The position numbers were made by a program, and so were the translations under genes. Positions 1 through 10,161 of a stretch of DNA of 64,000 nucleotides are shown here, one piece after another. Positions within the stretch are counted from its first letter, which is position 1; every line of letters starts with the position of its first letter. The stretch comes from an uncultured Bacillota bacterium. Its GTDB lineage: Bacteria > Bacillota > DTU025 > MWDF01. Below the pieces are notes generated by a model. The model searched no databases, was not told the DNA's origin, and saw nothing but the letters and a program-made list of their open reading frames with translations. Location: positions 288,001-352,000 of the forward strand of contig CAWGMK010000010.1 in the NCBI GenBank assembly GCA_963823655.1, in the 5' to 3' direction.

Positions 1-82
1 TCTGGTCAACTTTATCGAAAGAAAGGGCAGGGGCTGCACAAATGAATAGGAAAAGTACGGCGGATGCCAACATCCTTCGCAT
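1..82 (-). CDS. 5' fragment of a secreted protein, runs off the window edge
   Basis: GGAGGGG RBS, then ATG at 82; translation MRRMLASAVLFLFICAAPALS-FDKVDQ looks like a signal peptide. Confidence 0.6.
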   Translation of the reverse strand, partial: MRRMLASAVLFLFICAAPALSFDKVDQ

Positions 83-324
83 TTTATCCCCTCCGAATTG
101 GCCATTACGAATGTTCTTATGAACAACTATACTGCGTTCAGAATTACTATGCTAAGAATGTGAGCAGCAGCGGCAACAGCGATAAGGAATGTTTCGAACC
201 CGTCGGTTCATAGGAGAACAACAACGATCCAGCTCCGATGCTTATTGGGACTTCTTCCGGCTCAAGCCCATTTCTGCAACGATGCCAAGTTCATACAAAG
301 CGAACTAATGAATACCTAACAAAC

Positions 325-359
325 AAGGTGAGCCGATGCAGCTTGTCTCGGCTCACCTT
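325..359 (-). terminator. Hairpin downstream of the peptidase gene, probable terminator (also partly attC-like)
   Basis: AAGGTGAGCCGA ... TCGGCTCACCTT perfect 12-bp stem, followed on the minus strand by GTTTGTT. Confidence 0.5.
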
Positions 360-513
360 AGTGAATTCATTCTTTCTCCTCAACCTTGTTAGATCGGGCA
401 CACCATTATTCCAATTCTACTAATGTCTCGTGATCCGACGTCTCCTGCTTTATTCAGGCATGCAAAGTCATGAATTTTGGCCAAAACTTGATTTCCTCTT
501 ACGCCAATAGAGA

Positions 514-2734
514 TCACGTAGCCAAATCCTCTTCCAGATTATCAAGGACCTTATGTAGAGTCAGCGTATCCATATCGTATCTGGGCAGGCAGTAATGACA
601 CCCGTTATAGCCGCTGTCCCTGATCAGATCCGCCACCTCGCCAAGGTTCTTGCAGAACGACTTGTTGCCCGCTGACATAAGAGATGCCCAATGGCAATCA
701 AGTCTATGTATCTCCTTGGAGTGGAGGTTGGCCACATGCCAATGAGGATTGAACCTGTAGAGGTATCGCAAGGTTACCTTTGACTTATCAGCGTTAAGCG
801 CAGTAACCCGGAATGCGATATATCCTGCTGTCTCCCCTTCTTGGGCCATCGATACATAAGTGTGGCCGACAACCGCGGCTACCCCAAAGCGGGTAAATCC
901 AGAAGCCGGGATGTTCACAGCGGCCAAGTCGGTGCTGCCAATATCCCCCAAGTCTGTGACTCCCTTTTGCTTCAGGTTGTTAGCCCAGAATTTGCCCTGG
1001 TAATAGTAAAGATCGCCTCCTGTAATATTACCCAAGGTATTTGTAGAGAAGTCGAAGCTGTCCTCGCTATCAAAAACCACTTGGAGCAGGGAGTGAGCGT
1101 GGAAAGCCTGCTGGATATCATTGAAATACGGAAAGCCGTTCAGCAGATTGTTATCGATATCGGCAGCTTTGTAAAGGGCTGTTAGCAGGTTGCTTTCGTG
1201 CGGATCGGAGAAGTAGTAGTCTCTGGGGAAAGCCGAGAGTATCTGGTGAGCCTCCAGTATTAGCTGGTCTGCGATTCGCGCCCCCAGTGCTCCATGGTTG
1301 TTGATCAGCCGCTGCCTGAAGTCCCAGGCCGCCCCGCTGATTATCATCCCGCCGGTATGCCCCTCGCTGTTGTAACTGCTCCTGCCGGGATACTGATTGG
1401 TGTTTTGAAGATTCCTTGGAGTGAAACAGCCCTCACCAAGCCTGGAATCGTTGGTGAAACTGCACGCGAAGTAGTCCGCAAAGCCCTCGTCCATGGCGTA
1501 AGCTTCCGTATATGCGTCCGGCCAGCCGATATAGTCGCCGTATTCATGGCACAAAATGTTATGCGTGCATTCGTGGTAAATCACGTCGCTGCTCCTGGCG
1601 AAGTTATTTGTGCCGAAAGTCATGGGATTGCCGGCATAAGCGTTGGAGAAGGCGTAGTTGACCTTCACATTGAAGCGATTGGTCCCGTCAAGGTTCGCCC
1701 ATAAATAGCCGAGTTCGGTTTCCAGCCAGTCATGGTATAGGTTCATATGGTAGAAGAGGTTAATATGATCCCTGTCTGCGGCAGTCCAGGTCATGTCGCA
1801 GGGGTTGTCGGTATTACAGTCCCTGGTTGCTATGTAATCCGTGCCATCGCTGTTTTGGACCCTTGCATAAGGGCCTTCCAGTTTGAAGGTGGCATGATGA
1901 ATGGGAAACAGCCACCAGTACCAGGGGACGTTACGGGAATATGCGCCAGAGTGGTTAGTGTTGGCATTTCCCGCGAATTCGACATCTACGATCTCATGGC
2001 GCAAAGGCACAGTACTTAGCGCATCTGTCGGATTTGCTGGATATATCTCGCCTCTGACCGTGCCGGTTACCTGTACACCCGGAAACCTTGCGGTGTAAGA
2101 CCGGAGGATCTTGCCATCGATTGCGTCAATGATAAAATACTTCTCAATCTCGGGGTCGGTCTGCTCTTTTGCGAGCAGAAATTTCCAAGCCAGATGATGT
2201 ACTGATCGTGCCTTCTGCTGTCACCGGGAAAATCAGCAGGATGCTCTCACTCTCGCTCAATTTCTGAGAATCACCCTTCGGATAGGTCTTTTTTGCAATA
2301 TCGACGGCTTTTTTCAGGTCAACCTTCGGATCTGTTGTAATTTTGATTCCGGGCAGGTAATTTGATGCGAATGAGCTAACCTTGCCGTCTTCCGCAGTTT
2401 CCAGGCTAACGACGGCGTTGTATACAGGAATGCCCTTATAAGTCTGCCCGTATTTAACGAACCACTTCCTGTTGATGTTTTTCGCGGACACAAGCTGCAA
2501 ATCTTTGCTTTCAACTTCGAAAAGCTTCTTGTTTTCACTTATAAACTTCTTAAAAACCGACTCGATGTTCGCTTCTAGTAACGGGATCGTGCCTTTCTTC
2601 AAAACGCTTGGATAAGCGTCAATCCCAGAAATGCGGTCGGGTATTTTAGTAAGCCGGCTTCTTGTTATCTGGGCGCTGGCGGCAAAGCTCTTGCCTGTTC
2701 TCTGTGCCTTTTCCTCCCCTTTGTTAATATTCAT
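514..2734 (-). CDS. Thermolysin/fungalysin-like (M4/M36) zinc metallopeptidase with FTP/PepSY propeptide and extra C-terminal domains; one frameshift near 2200
   Basis: ORF 2144-2734 has FTP-like VKYGQTYKGIPVYNA. After a 1-nt shift the frame reads HLAWKFLL...YFIIDAIDGKIL (PepSY) and continues into ORF 514-2010 with NAYA, DVIYHECTH (HExxH), MDEGFADYF and EGHTGG. Confidence 0.85.
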
Positions 2735-2976
2735 ATCACTTACCTCCTATACGCTATTGAATGCCCCTATAAGATGGATATGAATTATTTTATAGATGCG
2801 ATAATATTCAATTTAAGAATAGTTTCTTAATATGAATCATATCACGCTGGCTGCGGGAGCGATTATGGTGCTCAAGAAAAAGCAATGACGGGAATTATTT
2901 ACCATTATCCAATTCAGTATTTGGATATAAGTTCAAGAATATCTTTGAAAAGCGTGCTTATTAGGGAGGGAGCGAC

Positions 2977-4302
2977 TTGGAAAAGAAGAGGATAGAGGGG
3001 TTTAAAGCATTCCTTTTCGTATGGTTCGGGCAGCTGGTTTCCCTTAGCGGCTCGGGCTTGACAAGTTTTGCGCTCGGAGTCTGGGTATTCCTGAAGACAG
3101 GTTCAACCACAGCATTCGCCCTCGTCCAGTTGTTCGCCACCCTTCCATCGATTCTCATCGGCCCTTTCTCGGGCGCCCTGGTTGACCGCTGGGACAGAAG
3201 AAAAGCGATGATGCTCAGCGATAGCGGAGCCGCTTTCTGCACTCTTATCATATTTCTCCTGCTATCTGCAGGCAGACTGGAGATATGGCACCTGTACCTG
3301 CTTCTTGCCATAAGCGCATCATTTGCGACATTCCAGTGGCCCGCATACTCTGCCGCCATGACTTTGCTGGTGCCCAAGGAAAAGCTGGGCCGTGCGAATG
3401 GCATGGTGCAGCTGGCCGAAGGCGTGGCTCAGATACTGGCGCCTGTGACGGCAGGCGTACTTGTGGGGACCATTCTGGTACAAGGCGTAATGCTGATTGA
3501 TATAGCAACATTCCTGTTCGCGCTGATAACACTGTTCATAGTTAGAATACCGAGGCCGGAGCGGACCGCAGAAGGGCAGGCGGGCAGGGGTTCTATCTTT
3601 AAAGAGGCTCTTTTCGGCTGGAAGTATATCCGTGAACGCAAAGGGCTGCAGGGCATGCTCCTGTTCTTTGCCGCATTCAACTTCCTGACCAGCATCGCAG
3701 TCGTTTTGTTCACGCCACTTGTGCTCGGCTTCTCAACAACGCCGATGCTCGGTCTGCTGACCTCAGTAGCGGGCTTGGGGTATCTGTCAGGGAGCATATT
3801 GATGAGCGCCTGGGGCGGGCCAAAAAGGAAGATTACAGGCATCTATCTCTGCGCGATCATGGTTTCTGTCTCTCTCTTCATCCTGGGATTTACCACTAAC
3901 CCCCTTGTCCTTGGCATCGGCGCATTCCTTGCCTTTACAGGAACACCTGTATTGGGTGCCTGCAGCCAAGTTATCTGGCAACGGAAGACCGCTCCGGATA
4001 TCCAGGGAAGGGTGTTTTCTTATAGGAGAGTCATCTCGTACTCGTCTATACCTCTTGCATATGTTGTAGTCGGACCGCTTGCCGACAAGGTCTTCAACCC
4101 GCTCTTGGTGGAGGATGGCAAGCTGGCAGGAAGCATAGGGAAGCTGATTGGAGTAGGACCAGGGCGTGGGATCGGGCTCATGTACGTACTGATGGGAGTT
4201 CTGCTTCTTGCCGCTACTGCCATTGCGTTCTCGTACTCGCACATGCGTAATGTAGAGAAGGAGCTTCCTGACATGGCACCGGACAGTCCTGCCGCTGTAT
4301 AG
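2977..4302 (+). CDS. MFS transporter, DHA3/macrolide-efflux-like
   Basis: FLFVWFGQLVS, GALVDRWDRRK (MFS motif A), QGRVFS, many hydrophobic segments, GGGAGGGAG RBS. Confidence 0.9.
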   Translation: MEKKRIEGFKAFLFVWFGQLVSLSGSGLTSFALGVWVFLKTGSTTAFALVQLFATLPSILIGPFSGALVDRWDRRKAMMLSDSGAAFCTLIIFLLLSAGRLEIWHLYLLLAISASFATFQWPAYSAAMTLLVPKEKLGRANGMVQLAEGVAQILAPVTAGVLVGTILVQGVMLIDIATFLFALITLFIVRIPRPERTAEGQAGRGSIFKEALFGWKYIRERKGLQGMLLFFAAFNFLTSIAVVLFTPLVLGFSTTPMLGLLTSVAGLGYLSGSILMSAWGGPKRKITGIYLCAIMVSVSLFILGFTTNPLVLGIGAFLAFTGTPVLGACSQVIWQRKTAPDIQGRVFSYRRVISYSSIPLAYVVVGPLADKVFNPLLVEDGKLAGSIGKLIGVGPGRGIGLMYVLMGVLLLAATAIAFSYSHMRNVEKELPDMAPDSPAAV

Positions 4303-4753
4303 GGCCTGTATGGATACAGCCAGGTTCGTGCCTAAATCTCCGGCTTCGAGAACAAAGAAGTATGCGAAACTAGGCTATGAACGATTAAGTCATAGTGAAT
4401 TGCTTGGAGCTCAATAGCGGTCAATGCTTATTCAACGCCAGTATCGGGGATGAATGGCCAAATTCCATAAACGCAAATTCGCGCCTATAGCTGTTATAAA
4501 TCTGAGCTCAGATGAAGAAACATATGTTGAGTCCGATACTACTCGTGGCAGCTTCCGATCATGTCCTAACCAACCCCTCTCAATCTTAGGAGCTAATCAA
4601 AGAAGAAACAGGGTCCCCAAAGCGGGAAGCTGCCTGTTTTTTATTCCATACATTTACAAATGTGCAGGATTGTCACTATTAGGAAACATAATCGATAATT
4701 GTCGTGGAAATCTCACTCCTTGAACAAATCTGGCGATTAAGGAGAATCGAAGC

Positions 4754-5266
4754 GTGAACAAAGTATTCGCGATTATCCTGGTTATTATGGTTGCTGCCGG
4801 GCTTAGCGGCTGTAGAACCATAAAGTGGAGTTATTGCGTAAACAGCATCTACGCCAATGAATACGTCGACCTGGGCAATGGTCAACACGTTGAATCTCAG
4901 CGAGGCAACGATGGATGGATTATTGTCGATGTCTCCGTGACCAACATTACGGGCAGAACTCAATGCCTCGATAACTACAACGAGCAATTCCTTCTCATTG
5001 TCGGCGAAGAGGGCACAATCTACGATAACGCCGCATTTCCCGAATCAGAGTATGGCATACCATGGGACATGCCTATTGAAAGTGGGGCAACTATCAGGGC
5101 AGAAGTATATTTCGATGCCTCGCCTAGTTACCTTGAAAGCGATGCAATCGGCTTCTTCATGATGGAAAGCATTTTCGTTGAGCCAATGGGCGTGGCGATC
5201 GACGGATCATCCCTTGAACCGGCTTTGCATTCCGATGCTGCCGGTAGAAATGAGGAGGAGAGATGA
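4754..5266 (+). CDS. Lipoprotein, DUF4352-like
   Basis: Lipobox LSGC; IIVDVSVTNI, FLLI...GTIYD, IESGATIRAEVYFD. Confidence 0.6.
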   Translation: MNKVFAIILVIMVAAGLSGCRTIKWSYCVNSIYANEYVDLGNGQHVESQRGNDGWIIVDVSVTNITGRTQCLDNYNEQFLLIVGEEGTIYDNAAFPESEYGIPWDMPIESGATIRAEVYFDASPSYLESDAIGFFMMESIFVEPMGVAIDGSSLEPALHSDAAGRNEEER

Positions 5267-6160
5267 AAACCAGGAAGCTGCTTCAGCTCGTAATGGCAAT
5301 AATCATCTCAATTTCCGTCGCCGGCTGCATAGGAGCACCTGCTTCGCTTGAGATAGTGCACCTTGGAAAGCCCGTTCGTCCCGGGGACATAGAGACTTTA
5401 ACGGTCCTCGGGGTCGACAGAAGGGGCGGAATGAAACCGGTAATTGCGGACTGGTCGCTGGAAGGGGACAATGGCCTTCTCTTCAACTCGTCCGGGCATG
5501 CTGCATACATCGGCGCACTCAGCCCTGGCACTTCAAAAGTGACTGCCCGCAAAGGCAATCTTGTAGGAATATCGACTTTCGAAGTCTATGAACCTATGCT
5601 AACGAAAATGATATGCAATGGGAAATACTGACAATTATGCATTCTGGATGTCGGTAGGAGAGAAACGCTACTTCCGTGCGATATGGCTACGATCAGTTCG
5701 GAAGGGAAATGACAATCGATCCTGATTGGAGCGTAACGGAACAACTCGGTGATATTCTCCGAATGCGAGGTAATTGGTTTTACGGACGGCGTGTATCTCG
5801 AAGCAACCAAGGGCGGAATAGGTACGATCACTGCAGAGCAAGGGGGAGTGAGCGTTTCACATATGCTTGTAGTGGAACCGTATGAGCGTGTTATAACGCG
5901 CTACGAAATAGACCCGGCTTCCGCGACAGTGTACGTAGGAGACAGGATGGAATTCTACGGAGCTGCTTGGGACCAGATTGGAGGGGAAATCTGGCTTGAT
6001 TCCTCCTATGCTCTGGAAGGGGATATCAGGAACCGTTCATGACCATGGGCGCCCATGCATATTCTGGGCTGAGAAAGCCGGCACTGGAAAGATTGTCGCA
6101 TCCTACGGCACTTGGACGTCAACCGCAGAAGTCGTTGTGATTGAAAGACCCATAGAATGA
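5263..6160 (+). CDS. Lipoprotein with Ig-like repeats, split over ORFs 5263/5676/5749/5978 by frameshifts
   Basis: Lipobox VAGC; repeated units (GYDQFG/AWDQIG, W-S-x-EG, GTSKVTA/GTITA/GKIVAS) spread across adjacent frames. Confidence 0.55.
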
Positions 6161-6564
6161 AGCAGGCAAACTAATACTGCTGCACCCACGTACGCAAAGG
6201 CGGTTCATATTCCTGTGTGGTGCTCCCGGTCTTATAAAGGTACATCTTCCGATTGGCAATTACTGCTACTTGAATCTTAAGCTTTGCTGCAGGGCAGCTT
6301 AATTTCTCATGCCGCTTCAAATATTAAATGTCCTCATAGACCGTGTTGGTTGCCAATATTGCTTCATAGGCGAACAGGCAATACTCTAACAGGCTTTGTG
6401 TATGATAAATAATACAAAATATGTATATTTCATATTATATAATGTTGCCGTGAGTTTCTCTGAGCGCGGACCCGTCGGAAATAGGACATATGTCGGGGAC
6501 CCCAGCTGCCGAAGGAACGTAATCACCAATCATTAGTTGCAATTGTTAACTGAAAAACAAGGAA

Positions 6565-7542
6565 TTGGCGGCGCGGATGATGGCAGATGGCTTTTCTCAG
6601 TCGACGTTTTACAGCATGGGCACTTTGGTGTCTTGCGTAGCCTCGGGCCCAGGATCAGAAGAGGCGGTAGGCGAAACTGAGAAGGATATCCTGGAGCTGG
6701 AGCGCAATCTCAGCCGTTTCCGCCCTGACAGTGAGATTTGGGCAATCAATGATGCGGCCGGTAAAAAGCGTGCAAGCATATCAACGGAGACTTGCGGACT
6801 GCTGGAGAAAGCTCTTGATCTATGTCGGTTTTCCGAGGGGCGTTTCGATGTCACCGTGGGCCCTTTGATGGATCTGTGGGGGGATTTCACGAACAAGGGG
6901 GCAGAACCGGAAGCGTTGGCGATTAAGAAGGCCCTCGAACTGGTGGATTTCAAGGACCTCGCAATAGACTCTGACAATAGGACTGCGTTCTTGGCGAGGC
7001 CCGGGCAGAAGATCGATCTGGGTGCGATAGGAAAAGGGTACGCTGCCGACCATGCATTGGCAAAGATGAAGCGACACGGGATATCCTCTGCATACGTGAA
7101 CATCGGAGGCAACGTCGCGACATTAGGGGCGAAGCCGGACGGCTCGCCCTGGCAAATAGGCATATTGCATCCGAGGCGGCTAAATGGGCTTATCGGCAGC
7201 GTATCGGCCGCAGGTAAATCTGTGGTGACATCAGGCGACTACTACAGAGGTTACGATGCCGGCAACGGCAGGAGACTGCACCACATACTGGACATAAGAA
7301 CCGGTTATCCTGTGAACTCGGGCATTATCAGCGCAACAGTCGTATCAGACAGCTCGCTTATGGCCGACGCTCTATCTACGATCCTGTTCGCATCGGGCAT
7401 TGAGGAGTCTTTTGAACTCCTCAGGAGGCTCAAGGGCAATGAGGCCATCCTGGTCGATGAACATTTAGGCGTGTATCTGTCTGCGGGCATAGAGGGGGCC
7501 TTCCGTGCGGCTGATGATATCAGGCCGCTTGTGTTGGAATGA
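6565..7542 (+). CDS. apbE: FAD:protein FMN transferase (ApbE family), no obvious signal peptide
   Basis: SMGT, FDVTVGPL, IDLGAIGKGY, NIGGN, VTSGDY, HHILD, ADALST motifs. Confidence 0.92.
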   Translation: MAARMMADGFSQSTFYSMGTLVSCVASGPGSEEAVGETEKDILELERNLSRFRPDSEIWAINDAAGKKRASISTETCGLLEKALDLCRFSEGRFDVTVGPLMDLWGDFTNKGAEPEALAIKKALELVDFKDLAIDSDNRTAFLARPGQKIDLGAIGKGYAADHALAKMKRHGISSAYVNIGGNVATLGAKPDGSPWQIGILHPRRLNGLIGSVSAAGKSVVTSGDYYRGYDAGNGRRLHHILDIRTGYPVNSGIISATVVSDSSLMADALSTILFASGIEESFELLRRLKGNEAILVDEHLGVYLSAGIEGAFRAADDIRPLVLE

Positions 7543-7566
7543 TCAAGCGAATTCCAAAAGGAGAGA

Positions 7567-8004
7567 GTGAAAGAGATGGCAAGAAAGGGGAATCGGAGGA
7601 TGACTGGCTGGATTATTGCATTAGTCATATTGGCCGGGTTGCTCATATTTGGCGGAGTGATGTGGACGAGGTTAAATAAGGAGCACATTGAAGCAAAGAA
7701 TATTCCCTTAGACGGCGCAGACTTCTCTAAGCTGAAGGATGGCACTTACACAGGCAACTACGCTGGCGGGATGTACAAATGGAGGGCTAACGAGGTAGAA
7801 GTCACAATCGGCACCGGGAAAGTCACGGGCATACAACAGCAGAACTCCAAGGATCCGGCGGCCGCTAGATTCGACACAGAACTGCTCTATAAAAGGGTGA
7901 TAGATGCCCAGTCCCTGCAGGTAGACACGATAAGCGGCGCTACCCTCACCTCAAAGGCATATCTGAAAGCCGTAGAGGACGCCCTTATAAAAGCAGGGAA
8001 ATGA
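7567..8004 (+). CDS. Membrane-anchored FMN-binding (flavinylated) domain protein
   Basis: N-terminal TM helix, KDGTYTG, VDTISGAT flavinylation motif, directly after apbE. Confidence 0.88.
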   Translation: MKEMARKGNRRMTGWIIALVILAGLLIFGGVMWTRLNKEHIEAKNIPLDGADFSKLKDGTYTGNYAGGMYKWRANEVEVTIGTGKVTGIQQQNSKDPAAARFDTELLYKRVIDAQSLQVDTISGATLTSKAYLKAVEDALIKAGK

Positions 8005-8069
8005 TGCCATCTGCGCAGCAATAAAGCCTGAAATATCTCGAACAGTCGATGCTGGCTTTAGAAGGTAAG

Positions 8070-8100
8070 GACAAGTGGCAGCGTTTGGCTGCCACTTGTC
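8070..8100 (+). terminator. Hairpin after the FMN-binding gene
   Basis: GACAAGTGGCAGC-gtttg-GCTGCCACTTGTC perfect 13-bp stem. Confidence 0.65.
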
Positions 8101-8406
8101 TTGCTGTAGGGGCCTTAAGCTAGCCGCGTTTGCATGCGACGAAGATGGATTTGGCAGATGAGTTTGACGTTGCGGACGGGTCCGCCTCAGGCAGCTCATC
8201 GCGACTAAAAATGCAAAACTGCGAAAATCCGTGAATAACAAACAGGATACGAAGGATATCGGTAGAAGGTAAATGCATACGATAGATTGCCTGACTGGTT
8301 TGAGTCGCTTAACTGGGCAAAGAACGATCCTTTACCTACTATCCTGAACGCCGGGGAGGACGGGGCAATTATCTGCCAAGTAGAGGAATTGGAGTGAAAA
8401 GGCACT

Positions 8407-10161
8407 TTGCCGAAAAGCAAGCAACAGAATGCATCCTATTTAAAGCTGATGTCCAAGTACCTTTACCGACAGCGGGGAAGCGTAAGTATTCTGGCCGGAC
8501 TTATCCTGCTGGGAATTGCGCTGCAGCTTGTGGGACCGCAGATACTTCGCTTCTTCATCGATAATGCATTAGCACAGAAGCCCTTGGAGTCTCTGACGCT
8601 GGCTGCCATCATGTACATCGCTTTCGCGGTAATGGGGCAGTTTCTCGGAGTTTTAACCACCTACATTAGCGAGAAAGTCGGCTGGACTGCCACCAATGCC
8701 CTCAGGGAGGACCTTGTCTGGCATTGCCTGCGATTGGATATGGCATTCCATAAGGAGCATCTTCCCGGTGAGATGATTGAAAGGATCGATGGCGATACGA
8801 CGGCGCTCTCTAACCTATTTACGAAGTTCACAGTCACAGTCTTAGCCAACCTCCTGCTCGTAATAGGGATGCTCGTCCTCCTTTCTCGTGAGGTCGTGCT
8901 CGTCGGCCTGGGTATGGGCTTCTTCGCTCTGACGGCTCTTATGCTGCTTTTAAAGGTTCAGTCCGTAGCGGTTCCGCACTGGGTGAAGGTCCGCAAGATA
9001 AGAGCCGAGTTCTACGGTTTCCTGGGGGAGCATTTGCAAAGCGTCGACGAAATCAGCGCCAACGGCGCCATACCTTATGTCATGAACAGGTTTTATCAGA
9101 CGATACAGCAGTGGCTTCCTTTTGCTGTGCGAGCAAGCCTTGCAGGGTATGCGATGTGGATAACCACGGTCTTCATTTTCGCGCTCGGCTATGCCCTTGC
9201 TTTCGGCCTCAGCGGATATCTGTGGACCAAGGGAAAAATCACCCTAGGCACGGTCTACCTGATCTTCACTTATACAAATCTGCTTAACGGACCTATCGAT
9301 CAGGTCAGGGTACAATTGGAAGATCTGCAGAAGGCCAATGCGAGCATAAGGCGCATCAGGGAGCTCCTTTCCATTGCACCGGCGCTAAAGGACGGTGACG
9401 GCCCACCACTACCTGAGGGAACATTAGAGATTCGAGTAGAGAACGTCTCTTTCTCGTACGCTGAGGATCAGCAGGTGCTCGATCATGTAAGCATCAATCT
9501 GGAGCCCGGAAGGGTATTGGGGGTCCTGGGCCGCACAGGAGGGGGCAAAACCACCCTTACTCGCCTTCTCAACAGGTTCTATGACCCTGACGAGGGAAGA
9601 GTTCTGCTGGGCGGCCGGGACTTGCGGTCCGTTCCCATGGACAGCCTAAGGGACAGGGTCGCTTATGTTACACAGGATGTGCAGCTGCTCAAAGCGAGTG
9701 TTAGGGATAACCTTACCTTTTTCGACTCACGCATTAGCGATGATAAGCTCATTGCGGCCCTGGAATTTGTGGGATTGGGTGAATGGTACCGCTCGCTTCC
9801 GGATGGGCTTGATACCCAATTGGCAAGCGAAGGAGGCGGCCTTTCTGCAGGACAAGCCCAGCTTTTGGCGTTTGCCAGGGTTTTCTTGAAATCTCCGGGC
9901 TTCATCATCCTTGATGAGGCTTCATCAAGGCTTGACCCAATCAGCGAAGCGCACATGGAAGGAGCAATGGACCTGCTGCTTGGCGGTAGGTCCGCGATGA
10001 TAATCGCCCATCGGATAACTACGCTGGATAGGGCCGATGACATTCTCATACTCAGCCACGGGCGGGTTTTGGAATATGGTTCAAGGCAGGAGCTGGCAGC
10101 AAACCCTGAATCGAATTATGCCAGGCTGCTAAGGGAAGGAATGGAGGATATGCTGGCATGA
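8407..10161 (+). CDS. ABC exporter, fused TMD-NBD subunit 1
   Basis: GRTGGGKT, LSAGQ, ILDEA, IAHR; N-terminal TM domain. Confidence 0.92.
   Translation: MPKSKQQNASYLKLMSKYLYRQRGSVSILAGLILLGIALQLVGPQILRFFIDNALAQKPLESLTLAAIMYIAFAVMGQFLGVLTTYISEKVGWTATNALREDLVWHCLRLDMAFHKEHLPGEMIERIDGDTTALSNLFTKFTVTVLANLLLVIGMLVLLSREVVLVGLGMGFFALTALMLLLKVQSVAVPHWVKVRKIRAEFYGFLGEHLQSVDEISANGAIPYVMNRFYQTIQQWLPFAVRASLAGYAMWITTVFIFALGYALAFGLSGYLWTKGKITLGTVYLIFTYTNLLNGPIDQVRVQLEDLQKANASIRRIRELLSIAPALKDGDGPPLPEGTLEIRVENVSFSYAEDQQVLDHVSINLEPGRVLGVLGRTGGGKTTLTRLLNRFYDPDEGRVLLGGRDLRSVPMDSLRDRVAYVTQDVQLLKASVRDNLTFFDSRISDDKLIAALEFVGLGEWYRSLPDGLDTQLASEGGGLSAGQAQLLAFARVFLKSPGFIILDEASSRLDPISEAHMEGAMDLLLGGRSAMIIAHRITTLDRADDILILSHGRVLEYGSRQELAANPESNYARLLREGMEDMLA

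Noticed and set aside
6163-6240. GGCAAAC…ACGCAAAG resembling a c-di-GMP-I riboswitch
   Set aside because: No GAAA-tetraloop stem between the two words and no convincing second stem
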